This document shows, piece by piece, positions 1 through 9,399 of a stretch of DNA of 64,000 bases. The position numbers and the translations under genes are program-made. Each line of letters opens with the position of its first letter. Position 1 is the first letter of the stretch. Under the pieces are notes generated by a model. It had not been told where the DNA came from and searched no databases. It was given only the letters and a program-made list of their open reading frames with translations. The DNA is from a virus (taxonomy: Duplodnaviria; Caudoviricetes), in the IMG/VR virus record IMGVR_UViG_3300046733_000629; one strand, written 5' to 3'.

Positions 1-2
1 TA

Positions 3-203
3 AAAGAGCCTACTAGCATTTACGTTGATAGTGATGGACACAATAGAAGTATTCAAAAGTTTATTGAAGATAATATTGATCTAACACCAAAAGCGATCAT
101 TGACAGATTTGATTTATTCAAGTATACTAAGTATAGTGAAAATTGTATTTACGGACACTTTGGTAATAAAGATGTTCCGTGGGAACAGATTGGATGGAAA
201 TAG
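3..203 (+). CDS. metK: S-adenosylmethionine synthetase, 3' end (partial at window edge)
   Basis: Frame-3 translation KEPTSIYVDSDG...IDLTPKAIIDRFDL...IYGHFGNKDVPWEQIGWK* matches the MetK C-terminal EPxSIxV...DLxPxxII...YGHFG...PWE pattern. Not in the ORF track. Confidence 0.9.
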   Translation, partial: KEPTSIYVDSDGHNRSIQKFIEDNIDLTPKAIIDRFDLFKYTKYSENCIYGHFGNKDVPWEQIGWK

Positions 204-211
204 GAGGAAAT

Positions 212-481
212 ATGATGGGTTGGTGGAACAAACTAGTACAACGTAAAAAAGCCGAAGAAGTAAGTGCTAAAGATAAAGCTACTGCTAAAGGCGAACCTTA
301 TGTAAAAGTACTAGAAGTTAAGTTTGATAAAGACAAACCAGGTGATGGTTACTTTGAATTAGAATGGAATCAAATATTTGTAAAACAATTACTTGAAGCA
401 GGCTATTCAGGTGCCGATGAAAATGAAATAGTTGATGCATGGTTTACCGGACTTTGCAGAACAATTGCAGACGAACAGTAA
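212..481 (+). CDS. Conserved-looking hypothetical phage protein
   Basis: ORF 179..481; GGAGG at 203-207 favours ATG 212/215. Confidence 0.75.
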   Translation: MMGWWNKLVQRKKAEEVSAKDKATAKGEPYVKVLEVKFDKDKPGDGYFELEWNQIFVKQLLEAGYSGADENEIVDAWFTGLCRTIADEQ

Positions 482-484
482 TAC

Positions 485-513
485 TTGACATTCCATTCGT
501 GGTGTGTTACAAT
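485..513 (+). promoter_or_regulatory. sigma70-type (early) promoter
   Basis: TTGACA 485-490, 17 nt, TACAAT 508-513. Confidence 0.75.
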
Positions 514-539
514 ATAAACTTAATAATTACAGGATCTTT

Positions 540-1541
540 ATGATGAGTTATATACTAGTAGACGCGGCTAATATGTTTTTCCGTGCTAGGCATGTAGTAC
601 AACGTGGTGCAGATATGTACACAAAAATTGGTATGAGTTATCATATCATGTTTAACAGTATTAATAAAGTATGGCGAGAGCAAAATGGTACACATGTTGT
701 ACTATGCTTGGAAGGCCGTAGTTGGCGTAAAGACGCATATGAACCTTACAAACGTAATAGGTCTGTTGCACGTGAAGCACTTAATGATAAAGATGCAGAA
801 GAAGATCGTGCATTTTGGGAAGCCTTTGATGAGCTTAAAACATTCTTTGAGAAACGTACAAATGTAACTGTATTACAACATGGCGAATGTGAAGCAGATG
901 ACTTTATTGCACGTTGGATACAGAATCATCCCGATGACAAGCATTGCATTGTAAGCAGTGATAGTGACTTTTATCAGTTACTTGCTCCTAATGTTAATCA
1001 GTACAATGGTATTACAGGACAACTTATTACAACTGAAGGCATCTTTAATGATAAGGGTAAACCTGTTATTGATAAGAAAACTAAAGAGCCTAAAGAAATA
1101 GGTGACCCACAGTGGTTGTTGTTTGAGAAGTGTATACGAGGCGACACTAGTGACAATGTGTTTAGTGCATGTCCAGGTGCTCGTAAGAAAGGCACTAAGA
1201 ACAAAGTAGGTATGTTAGAAGCATTTGCAGATAAAGATACTAAAGGTTATAATTGGAATAACTTTATGCTACAACGTTGGGTAGATCATGAGAACGTTGA
1301 ACATCGTGTGTTAGAAGATTACGAACGTAATAGACAAATTATTGATCTCACTATGCAACCCGATCATATTAAAACAAAGCTAGATGAAGCTATTGTAGAA
1401 CAAGTACAAAAAGAACAGAAGTCACAAGTAGGTATACACTTTATGAAGTTCTGTGGTAAATGGGATATGCAAAAGATTGTAGACAAAGCACAAGATCATT
1501 CTAATTATCTCAATAGGAGTTATGCAAGTGCCAAGGCCTAG
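540..1541 (+). CDS. T4-like RNase H / 5'-3' (flap) exonuclease
   Basis: ILVDAAN, EADDFIA, SSDSDFYQL, GDTSDNV motifs of the FEN/RNase H-T4 family; start moved to ATG 540 downstream of the promoter. Confidence 0.88.
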   Translation: MMSYILVDAANMFFRARHVVQRGADMYTKIGMSYHIMFNSINKVWREQNGTHVVLCLEGRSWRKDAYEPYKRNRSVAREALNDKDAEEDRAFWEAFDELKTFFEKRTNVTVLQHGECEADDFIARWIQNHPDDKHCIVSSDSDFYQLLAPNVNQYNGITGQLITTEGIFNDKGKPVIDKKTKEPKEIGDPQWLLFEKCIRGDTSDNVFSACPGARKKGTKNKVGMLEAFADKDTKGYNWNNFMLQRWVDHENVEHRVLEDYERNRQIIDLTMQPDHIKTKLDEAIVEQVQKEQKSQVGIHFMKFCGKWDMQKIVDKAQDHSNYLNRSYASAKA

Positions 1542-2262
1542 AGCATACGTTTTTGATGTAGATGGTACACTTACTGTAAGTAGAACTCTAATGGATCCAG
1601 AATTCAAAGAGTTCTTTACAAAATTCATAGAATATAATAAAGTATATATTGTAACAGGTAGTGACTATTCTAAAACATTAGAACAACTAGGCGAAGATAC
1701 AATGCATGCAGTAGAACGTTCATATAATTGCAGTGGAAATAGTGTATGGGAAAATGGTATTAACGTACATAATAACGAATGGAAGTTAGATGAAAAGCCT
1801 TGGAAGTATTTAGAATCTAAATTAATCCATAGTCACTTTGAACCAAAGACAGGATGGCATTTTGATGAACGACCAGGACTATTGAATTTTAGTATACTAG
1901 GTAGAAATGCAAAACCTCATCAAAGAGCAATGTATGAAGAGTTTGATATGAAACATAAAGAACGTGAATACATTGCATCTGAATTTAATTACCACTTTCA
2001 AAAAGAATATAAAATTGTTGCACAAGTTGCAGGTGCAACAGGTTTAGATATTATGCCTATAGGAAAAGACAAAAGGCAAATCTTAAAAGACTTTGACGAT
2101 ATGCATGTTACCTTCTTTGGTGACATGATGCAACCCGGAGGCAATGACGCTCCACTTAAAAATGCAATCACATCTAGGAACAATACTTCAGATAAAGTTA
2201 TTCAAGTAACTGATTGGCAACACACATACAATGAACTAAAGGAGATTACAAATGGTAATTGA
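1522..2262 (+). CDS. HAD-superfamily phosphomannomutase-like enzyme (PMM/HAD-IIB)
   Basis: FDVDGTLT, ERPGLLNFSILGRNA, GLDIMPIGKDK, FFGD..PGGND motifs typical of PMM-type HADs. Confidence 0.8.
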   Translation: MQVPRPRAYVFDVDGTLTVSRTLMDPEFKEFFTKFIEYNKVYIVTGSDYSKTLEQLGEDTMHAVERSYNCSGNSVWENGINVHNNEWKLDEKPWKYLESKLIHSHFEPKTGWHFDERPGLLNFSILGRNAKPHQRAMYEEFDMKHKEREYIASEFNYHFQKEYKIVAQVAGATGLDIMPIGKDKRQILKDFDDMHVTFFGDMMQPGGNDAPLKNAITSRNNTSDKVIQVTDWQHTYNELKEITNGN

Positions 2263-2518
2263 ACGAGAAGAACTACAAGCACTACTTCAAGAAAAGGTTA
2301 TGGAAGTTACCTTTACTAAAATTAATGGCGATAAACGTATCATGGAATGTACATTGCAAGCATCAGTTTTGCCACCAGCAAAAAAAGATGAACCAATTAC
2401 ACAGAAGAAAGTACGTGCAATTAATCCAGAAGTTATGAGTGTATGGGATACAAATGCAAATGGCTTTAGAAGTTTCCGTATGGCAAATATTTTGGAAGTA
2501 AAAGAAGTAACTGCATAA
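2252..2518 (+). CDS. Small SH3-like/WYL_2 (DUF2693-like) phage protein
   Basis: VTFTKINGDKRIMECTL...VWD..ANGFRSFR pattern seen in T4-like phage proteins. Confidence 0.6.
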   Translation: MVIEREELQALLQEKVMEVTFTKINGDKRIMECTLQASVLPPAKKDEPITQKKVRAINPEVMSVWDTNANGFRSFRMANILEVKEVTA

Positions 2519-2964
2519 TGTCATTAAAGATTAAAGAAATTATAAAAGATAAGTTTTGGATTGTAGAAGGACAGTATGGAAAGGCTGGAACACTACGAAA
2601 ACTTGATGATGGCTATGAATTCTTTGATCAGAATAATAACACAAAACAGCTATTAGATAGCCTTAAGAGCTTCAAACAAGCTAATACAGCGCCTATTACT
2701 GGTTCAGTGCAAGTATACAAGGGTCTTCCTACAAACACCGTAGAATTATACCCTGTTGAGCACGACACAATGCCATTGTTTAAGAAATCACTAAATGCTA
2801 AAACTACGTTTGTAGCAGGTTACTATATTTTAAAATATGAAGGAATGGGGTGGCAACATGCGTTCTGTCCTAAACTAGAAACAGTTGAAAAATATGAGAC
2901 AAGAGGTCCATATTTTACAGAATGGGATATGAACATAAATTTAAAGAAGGCGAGGAAAGAATGA
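2518..2964 (+). CDS. Hypothetical protein
   Basis: 148 aa ORF, TAATG-coupled to the upstream gene. Confidence 0.7.
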   Translation: MSLKIKEIIKDKFWIVEGQYGKAGTLRKLDDGYEFFDQNNNTKQLLDSLKSFKQANTAPITGSVQVYKGLPTNTVELYPVEHDTMPLFKKSLNAKTTFVAGYYILKYEGMGWQHAFCPKLETVEKYETRGPYFTEWDMNINLKKARKE

Positions 2965-3383
2965 AAATATTACAATATATTTTAATTGGTACATGCTGTC
3001 TTGCGTGGGTAGCATATGCTAAAGCACAAACAATTAACCCAGATGATATGTTAAACAATGATAATGGTACTATAGAAGCTCCGGCACCCAAAGTACCTGA
3101 ATCACAGCCAAAACTATCAAAAGAATGGGTAACACTAAGTCGTGGAGTACTATGTAATTCAATTGGTATGGTACGTGAGATGTTAAAAACTATGCGAGGA
3201 CAGACTACATGGGCCGCGGCGGCAAATCAAATGCAACCAGGTGATCCTTTTAATGCATTAATTATTGTTAGAAATCCAGAAACAAGGTCGTATTCAGTAA
3301 TACTAATGAGTACAGACAACAACATAGCATGTATTGTTTCAACAGGTATAGGTTTAGAACTGTTAGATAACGATCAAAACTAA
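2961..3383 (+). CDS. Hypothetical secreted/membrane-anchored protein
   Basis: ORF 2922..3383; GAGG RBS before ATG 2961; N-terminal signal-like hydrophobic segment. Confidence 0.65.
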   Translation: MKILQYILIGTCCLAWVAYAKAQTINPDDMLNNDNGTIEAPAPKVPESQPKLSKEWVTLSRGVLCNSIGMVREMLKTMRGQTTWAAAANQMQPGDPFNALIIVRNPETRSYSVILMSTDNNIACIVSTGIGLELLDNDQN

Positions 3384-3423
3384 GTTTCTAAAAGCCATTA
3401 AGTATAGTTTTTTCTTCGATATG

Positions 3424-3431
3424 TATAAATA
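3424..3431 (+). promoter_or_regulatory. T4-like late promoter motif TATAAATA
   Basis: Exact TATAAATA in the intergenic gap, followed by a GGAG RBS and ATG 3455. Confidence 0.6.
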
Positions 3432-3454
3432 CACATATAGGAGAAACAATAATA

Positions 3455-3757
3455 ATGGCAAGACCAAAACCCAACATTATACTTGATCAAGTTGATAAGA
3501 GTTATAATAGTGAACAGATACTAGAAGCAGATGCAATATACGCAGTATATTACGAAAACAAACCAATAAACCTAAGGACAATGAATACACTAGTAAATTA
3601 TCCAGGTCCAAAGTATAAGAAGGTAAGTTTCTCAAATAGCGGGCATGCATTTAATTTATCGGATAGACTAAACAAAAAGTTTAATACAAATAAATTTAAT
3701 GTGGTAAAATTGATAGATGGTGAAACAGTCACAAGAGATTCAAAAAATTCAAACTAA
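3455..3757 (+). CDS. Hypothetical phage protein
   Basis: 100 aa ORF with strong RBS; YPGPKYKKVSFSNSGHA segment. Confidence 0.75.
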   Translation: MARPKPNIILDQVDKSYNSEQILEADAIYAVYYENKPINLRTMNTLVNYPGPKYKKVSFSNSGHAFNLSDRLNKKFNTNKFNVVKLIDGETVTRDSKNSN

Positions 3758-4034
3758 AATTATAGATTTGATTAAAATTGAGTTGACACCAAAAATAGTA
3801 TTTAAAAACTCACATACCTTACGGTTAACAAAAACAGGTGAACGTGTGTTAAGCAAGCTATACGACAGTTATTCATTTGACCCACCAAAGTTAAATGGAC
3901 ATAATTTAATTAATTTATTAAGAAAAATGAGATATCCGTATTACATTGATAAGAAGAAGCTAGTTCTATTTACTGAACAAGATTCGTTTCTTGCAAAATT
4001 AGCCGGAGCACAAGGATGGTTAGATGGCAAATAG
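3717..4034 (+). CDS. Hypothetical protein
   Basis: 105 aa ORF in the operon; start uncertain. Confidence 0.6.
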   Translation: MVKQSQEIQKIQTKIIDLIKIELTPKIVFKNSHTLRLTKTGERVLSKLYDSYSFDPPKLNGHNLINLLRKMRYPYYIDKKKLVLFTEQDSFLAKLAGAQGWLDGK

Positions 4035-4233
4035 AATAAATGACTTTGATATACCAGAGTTAATATCAGTACACTGTACTGACAATGATCAAGATGTAGA
4101 AGTACAATACCTTTCACATCATAACAATACAATTAAAACAAGTTTACAAGGTATGAGATTAAACTTTGTACATTTAAAAAGGAACATTTACGTTGCTAAT
4201 TACTTAGGCCGCGAATTTGTAATGAAACTATGA
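4024..4233 (+). CDS. Hypothetical protein
   Basis: 69 aa ORF overlapping both neighbours. Confidence 0.6.
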   Translation: MANRINDFDIPELISVHCTDNDQDVEVQYLSHHNNTIKTSLQGMRLNFVHLKRNIYVANYLGREFVMKL

Positions 4234-4532
4234 AATTAGATTTACACGGAAATACAGTACATGCAGGCTGGAAAGTATTTACAGAACATGTAGCAGAATG
4301 TTATTTTAACAATATAAAAACAACAGAAATTATTACAGGACATGGCAAGATTGCTAAAGAGATTGAGTCCTGGGTACATGGAAATAGACATTGTACTGAA
4401 ATTCAACCTCACCCACAAAACACAGGGTCTTACTATGTAAAAATACGTAAGAACAAATTAAAGCAGAAACCTCAAAAAGTCAATACAAGTGTAGATTTAT
4501 CTCCACTATTAAAGAAATTTAATTCCTATTGA
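4230..4532 (+). CDS. Stand-alone Smr (small MutS-related) domain protein
   Basis: LDLHG...EIITGHG...GSYYV Smr motifs. Confidence 0.75.
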   Translation: MKLDLHGNTVHAGWKVFTEHVAECYFNNIKTTEIITGHGKIAKEIESWVHGNRHCTEIQPHPQNTGSYYVKIRKNKLKQKPQKVNTSVDLSPLLKKFNSY

Positions 4533-4557
4533 CAGTATGTACAAACTCGTATATTAT
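4529..4557 (+). promoter_or_regulatory. sigma70-type promoter
   Basis: TTGACA 4529-4534, 17 nt, TATTAT 4552-4557. Confidence 0.7.
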
Positions 4558-4588
4558 AACTTAAATCAACCAAGAAGAGAATGTATAA

Positions 4589-5038
4589 ATGTCAAATAAT
4601 AGTTTCGCTCAATTTGTACAACAGATAAACACTATGAATAAAGAACAAACAGAAGGCCAGGTAAAAATAAATCCTAAGGAAAATGCCAAGTGGTGGTATA
4701 AACTTAGTTTAGAAGAAAAACAAAAAGCATTTTATGCAGTAATCAGCACAATGTATAAAGCTGAAGTAGAAGACAGGGGTAATTTTAGACATTCAATTTA
4801 TGATGTATTTAAATTTGGCCCTGATATGTATGAAGCTACAATTGCTTCAGGATATGAAAAGTTGCATGATTTATTAGAAGAAGATGATATGTTTAAAGAT
4901 ATAAACAATATTCAGTTAGCAGATGAGTCGGGATCAATAAGCCTTGATATTAACGTCAACGGATTTGAAATTGATACAGTAGATAACGGCTACGGAAGCA
5001 AAACACTTAGAATTAAATTTACGCCAGACCCAGAGTAG
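4589..5038 (+). CDS. Hypothetical protein
   Basis: 149 aa ORF downstream of the promoter. Confidence 0.65.
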   Translation: MSNNSFAQFVQQINTMNKEQTEGQVKINPKENAKWWYKLSLEEKQKAFYAVISTMYKAEVEDRGNFRHSIYDVFKFGPDMYEATIASGYEKLHDLLEEDDMFKDINNIQLADESGSISLDINVNGFEIDTVDNGYGSKTLRIKFTPDPE

Positions 5039-5053
5039 AAGAGGATTAACCAA

Positions 5054-5719
5054 ATGTCAGTAAAGCTAGTAAGCTACACAACTCCATCTAATGAGTTCCA
5101 CGATAAGGGATTAGAAAATGTGCAAGACTTAGTTGCATTCTGTGCAAAAGTATCAAACCCTGCATCACAAATTAATAAAGAAACAAGTGAGAAGCTTATT
5201 AAGTATTTAATTAAGCACCAACATTGGAGTCCACTTGAGATGGCAAACGCTGTTTTAGAAATTGAAACTACCAGAGACATTGCACATCAAATTGTAAGAC
5301 ATAGAAGTTTTGCATTCCAAGAATTTAGTCAACGTTATGCAAACCCAAATGAAATGGGTGACATGTTTGTAATACGTGAAGCACGATTGCAAGATACTAA
5401 GAACAGACAGAACAGTGTAGAAGTTGATAGCGAATCAGATATTCATTATGCTTGGGCTTCTAAACAACAAGAAGTAATTGACAAAGCAAAAGAAGCATAC
5501 GATTGGGCGATAAATAATGGTATAGCCAAAGAACAAGCTAGAGCAGTATTACCAGAAGGAAATACAAAGACACGATTGTACATGAATGGTACAATTCGTA
5601 GTTGGGTACATTACATTGAATTACGAAGTGCTAATGGTACGCAAAAAGAACATATGGAGATTGCGATTGCTTGTGCTAAAGTAATAGCACAAATATTTCC
5701 AATCGCCAAGGAGTTGTAA
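5054..5719 (+). CDS. thyX: FAD-dependent thymidylate synthase
   Basis: HWSPLEM, RHRSFAFQEFSQRY signature, EQARAVLP. Confidence 0.95.
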   Translation: MSVKLVSYTTPSNEFHDKGLENVQDLVAFCAKVSNPASQINKETSEKLIKYLIKHQHWSPLEMANAVLEIETTRDIAHQIVRHRSFAFQEFSQRYANPNEMGDMFVIREARLQDTKNRQNSVEVDSESDIHYAWASKQQEVIDKAKEAYDWAINNGIAKEQARAVLPEGNTKTRLYMNGTIRSWVHYIELRSANGTQKEHMEIAIACAKVIAQIFPIAKEL

Positions 5720-6462
5720 TGAGAGTAAACAAAAAGATTGTAGCTGATTTAGCAAACTTTATCAAAATGCGTTATAATATTAGTGTAACAGAATTTGAAG
5801 AAACATACCCAGAACTATTTAAAACATTTATGAGAATGCAATTTTGGTTAGATGAAGTAACATTATCTAGATACTTTGGACCTAATCCAAATGCAGAAGA
5901 AGAAGGTACCTATTGGGTACAGCAATTAAAATGGGATACACGTAGAACTGGAAAACAGTTACTTGAAAAGATTAGAGACTTGCAAGATAATTACGAAGAC
6001 CCAATGAAGATTATTGATGTTGGCTGTGGTGAGAACGAGTGGAAAACACATTTAGGTGCTAGAGTAACAGGAATAGATCCACACCATCCAAATGCAGATT
6101 TTAAAATAGGCATCAATGAATATGCACAAGATCATTCAGATGAGTTTGATGTTGTGTTAGCACTAGGAAGTATTAACTTTGGCGATCAAAAAGAAATAGA
6201 AAGACAAGTAGCGAATGTAGTTAAGTTATGCAAATCCGGCGGCAAGATATTTTGGCGTTGTAATCCAGGCATTACACACGATAATCCACAAGCAAAATGG
6301 GTAGACTTTTTTGCTTGGTCAGAAGAGTTTTTGCGTGACATGGCAGAAAAAACTGGATGTACTATAGACGATTTTGATTGGGATCATCAATCAGATGAAG
6401 ATCCACGTTGGGGTAATCGACTATATTCTGAATGGACAAAAAATCCATTTAACACACTATAA
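5719..6462 (+). CDS. Class I SAM-dependent methyltransferase
   Basis: IIDVGCG motif I, VTGID acidic strand, FDVVLALGSINF, LCKSGG. Confidence 0.8.
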   Translation: MRVNKKIVADLANFIKMRYNISVTEFEETYPELFKTFMRMQFWLDEVTLSRYFGPNPNAEEEGTYWVQQLKWDTRRTGKQLLEKIRDLQDNYEDPMKIIDVGCGENEWKTHLGARVTGIDPHHPNADFKIGINEYAQDHSDEFDVVLALGSINFGDQKEIERQVANVVKLCKSGGKIFWRCNPGITHDNPQAKWVDFFAWSEEFLRDMAEKTGCTIDDFDWDHQSDEDPRWGNRLYSEWTKNPFNTL

Positions 6463-6543
6463 CTACTAACCTTTCGTAGATAAATACTATAGTTAGAAAG
6501 CAGAAGTTATTACTTTTCTGACAAACTCAGAAAAGGTGACTAT

Positions 6544-7836
6544 ATGTCTATAGACAATGGAATATTCAAAAACACACTAAAAGCTATTATTAAAATAGCG
6601 AAATACATACATTTAAAAATTAAGAAGTACTCAATTACGAGTGCTATCATTCTAGCAGTACTACTCAGTACTGTAATAAATTCCCATTACAGACCAATAC
6701 AAGAAAAGTTACATAATGGAATCAATTGGGTTTATGATATTAATGAACCAATTGGCGAAGCTCTGTACGAAGTTAATGGATTTATTTTAAATGGTAAATT
6801 CTTTGACCAAGAAAGAAAAGCAAAAAATGCTATATATGAATCGTATGGAAGTGTAGTTAGTATTGCAGTATCTTCAGATGATGACATACTAAACAGAACA
6901 CAAGCTGGTCGAGGAACTGGATTTATAATCAAAGTAACAGACGAATATGCTCTTGTTGCTACCAATCACCATGTTATAAATGCCGCAATAGACAGTGAAG
7001 CATTTAAAGTTAATATATCAACAGCAATGGACATGTGGCAATACGAAGCAGAAATCATTGGATATGATGAGATACTTGATGTTGCAGTTGTAAAAATATA
7101 CAAACAAGATAACGAAGATTGGACAGCATTAGAATTTTCAAATGATACTGATCTAGGTATTGGTGATCCCGTAGTTGTAATCGGACACGGTATGAGTATG
7201 CCATGGACAAGCACACAAGGACATGTTGTATACAAAGATAGATATGGAACAAGACCTTATTCATTAATGCTACAAGTTGATGCAGTAATTAACCAAGGTA
7301 ACAGCGGCGGCCCTATTATAGATATGAACGGTAAAGTAATTGGAATTGCACAAAGTATATACAGTCCTGGCAGAACAATACCTGGTTGGGATGGAGTTGG
7401 AATGGCAGTATCATCTAAGCAAGCACAACGTTCAATTGATTATATTTTAAGTCCACAATACAGTGCCAAAGGTTATGTGCCTTATGCAGAGTTTCCATTC
7501 AATCTTGGAACATTTGAACTAGCACAAGTTTTAGATATTAAGAAAGAAGATAGACGTTATGCTTATATTGATTATTCAAGTCTAAAACCAGATGCAGAAA
7601 AAACAGTTGGGCATGCTAGTGGATTATTACAAGATGATGTAATCATATCAATAAATGATGAACAAATTTATAATAGTTTTTATGTATTAAAACAAACTAT
7701 ATATGCATTTCCAGGAGACGAGTGGGATGTTGTAGTTAGACGTAATGATGAGATTGTTACTGTAAAAATTGCATTGCGTGAAATGAGTAGAGAAAAACTA
7801 TTAAACTCTGTAAAAGTGAGAACTGGCGGAAGGTGA
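6544..7836 (+). CDS. Membrane-anchored HtrA/DegP-like serine protease with PDZ domain
   Basis: ATNHHV (His), DVAVVK (Asp), NQGNSGGP (Ser); C-terminal GLLQDDVIISIND PDZ-like segment; N-terminal TM. ATAAATA at 6480-6486 upstream. Confidence 0.9.
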   Translation: MSIDNGIFKNTLKAIIKIAKYIHLKIKKYSITSAIILAVLLSTVINSHYRPIQEKLHNGINWVYDINEPIGEALYEVNGFILNGKFFDQERKAKNAIYESYGSVVSIAVSSDDDILNRTQAGRGTGFIIKVTDEYALVATNHHVINAAIDSEAFKVNISTAMDMWQYEAEIIGYDEILDVAVVKIYKQDNEDWTALEFSNDTDLGIGDPVVVIGHGMSMPWTSTQGHVVYKDRYGTRPYSLMLQVDAVINQGNSGGPIIDMNGKVIGIAQSIYSPGRTIPGWDGVGMAVSSKQAQRSIDYILSPQYSAKGYVPYAEFPFNLGTFELAQVLDIKKEDRRYAYIDYSSLKPDAEKTVGHASGLLQDDVIISINDEQIYNSFYVLKQTIYAFPGDEWDVVVRRNDEIVTVKIALREMSREKLLNSVKVRTGGR

Positions 7837-8051
7837 AGAATATATCACACTACGACCTACTAACCAAATATAAAGATAAACCAATAAAGCAATTTGCATG
7901 GTTTCCAAAGCGTATGACTGACGGAACTATAGCATTATTTTGTCATTATTACATACAAGTTCATGTAAAAAGTGCAGATCCTAAGCATATGTGGATGGAT
8001 TTTACATATCTCTCTGAAAAAGACTACTTCTTAGAAAAACTCAAAGGTTGA
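7833..8051 (+). CDS. Hypothetical protein
   Basis: 72 aa, GTGA overlap with the upstream stop. Confidence 0.55.
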   Translation: MKNISHYDLLTKYKDKPIKQFAWFPKRMTDGTIALFCHYYIQVHVKSADPKHMWMDFTYLSEKDYFLEKLKG

Positions 8052-8076
8052 CATTCTAGCCAAGATATCTTATAAT
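8048..8076 (+). promoter_or_regulatory. Consensus sigma70 promoter with palindromic spacer element
   Basis: TTGACA 8048-8053, 17 nt, TATAAT 8071-8076; CAAGA-TA-TCTTA at 8061-8072. Confidence 0.85.
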
Positions 8077-8109
8077 ATTTACTAATAAGTAAAACTTTAG
8101 GAGATATAA

Positions 8110-9399
8110 ATGAAAACCTTGAATATACTAATAGCTCTGCTATTTTTGTCAGCATGTCAAACTACAACTGGCACAGTAAATATTGATAAACCAATTGGCT
8201 TACATCCAAACACATTAACACAAATTAAAGTTGTAGACAATTGGGAACCTGTTGCTGATATGGATATTCTAAAATCTTATATGGGTAAATCCTATAATAT
8301 GAAAACTTACTCAATTGAATACGTACAAAAGAAAAATATCAATTGTATTGACAAATTTCAAAATGTACCTGCATTAAAGAACACCAGAGATAATAGCTCA
8401 TCAAGAGAATGGTTTAAGTGTCATCAATGGTTTCATGCAAAGTCACCGGATAATCCACAGATGCTTGCTGACATGTTATTGCATTGGGCAAACAATCCAG
8501 AGCAAATGAATATTAGACGAGGTGACTTATTGATGCAAGGTTATCAACTTCCTAGCACTATGGGAACGTTTGCTACTTTATATTCTATATGGTATAATGA
8601 TATAACATTTACTACAGAACAAAGAAACAAGGTAGACACATACTTAACTAACTGGCTAATGAAATACAATAGACCTGTTATTGATCCAGGTGAACGTAAA
8701 TGCAATATAAAGAATTACAAGTCTGTATTAAATGATAATGTAGATTCTAATACCTGTGGTAATAAAACTATTAGGATGGCAGTTGGCTCTATTATGTTTG
8801 GATTAAGAACTGAGAATCAAAACCTACTTGACCATGGACATGATCATTTATATGTAGTTTGGTCGCAAATTGATCCAGACGGTGTTTGGGTAAACAATGC
8901 GGCTAGAGGTAATCAGTCCTTTAGTTACTTGTTAGATAACATTGGACACTTTAGTTTCTTAGCAGAAGTATATCATAACTTAGGATATGATTTATTTGAA
9001 CATACACTTCCACATGGAGCAAAAGTAAAAGATGTATTAGCATGGAACTATGAATTTCTATCTGATTTTAAATTAGCAGGAAAATATGCAAAGTATAATG
9101 TAGGCTCAATGTGGACTACATGGAGTAAAATTAAAAACTTGTCACAGGCTCAGTTTATACAGTTAGACAATGCTACAAATTCTTACAACTATTCAGGTGG
9201 GTATAAGCAATGGAATGCTACACATGCACGTTATATGGCTAGATATCAACCTGAAAAATATGTAGAAGTAAAGCATTACAAAAAGCATGCAATTATAATC
9301 AACTCAGCTAATCCTGTACCATACAATGGAATGTATTATGGAAATGGATCAGAAAACGTAGTAGTTTCTTCAATCACACAACAATTACAGAGTCAATAA
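8110..9399 (+). CDS. Lipoprotein with alginate-lyase-like alpha/alpha domain
   Basis: Lipobox LSAC; C-terminal half resembles its neighbour (DPDG..VNNAARG..SFSY vs DDG.IDNNSFRG..SQWY). Confidence 0.5.
   Translation: MKTLNILIALLFLSACQTTTGTVNIDKPIGLHPNTLTQIKVVDNWEPVADMDILKSYMGKSYNMKTYSIEYVQKKNINCIDKFQNVPALKNTRDNSSSREWFKCHQWFHAKSPDNPQMLADMLLHWANNPEQMNIRRGDLLMQGYQLPSTMGTFATLYSIWYNDITFTTEQRNKVDTYLTNWLMKYNRPVIDPGERKCNIKNYKSVLNDNVDSNTCGNKTIRMAVGSIMFGLRTENQNLLDHGHDHLYVVWSQIDPDGVWVNNAARGNQSFSYLLDNIGHFSFLAEVYHNLGYDLFEHTLPHGAKVKDVLAWNYEFLSDFKLAGKYAKYNVGSMWTTWSKIKNLSQAQFIQLDNATNSYNYSGGYKQWNATHARYMARYQPEKYVEVKHYKKHAIIINSANPVPYNGMYYGNGSENVVVSSITQQLQSQ

Noticed and set aside
504-539. GTG start at 504 for the RNase H gene, and similar extended starts at 179, 10911, 22352, 26123, 46285 and 62191
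   Set aside because: These overlap promoters or upstream genes; downstream ATGs, most with a recognisable RBS, fit better.
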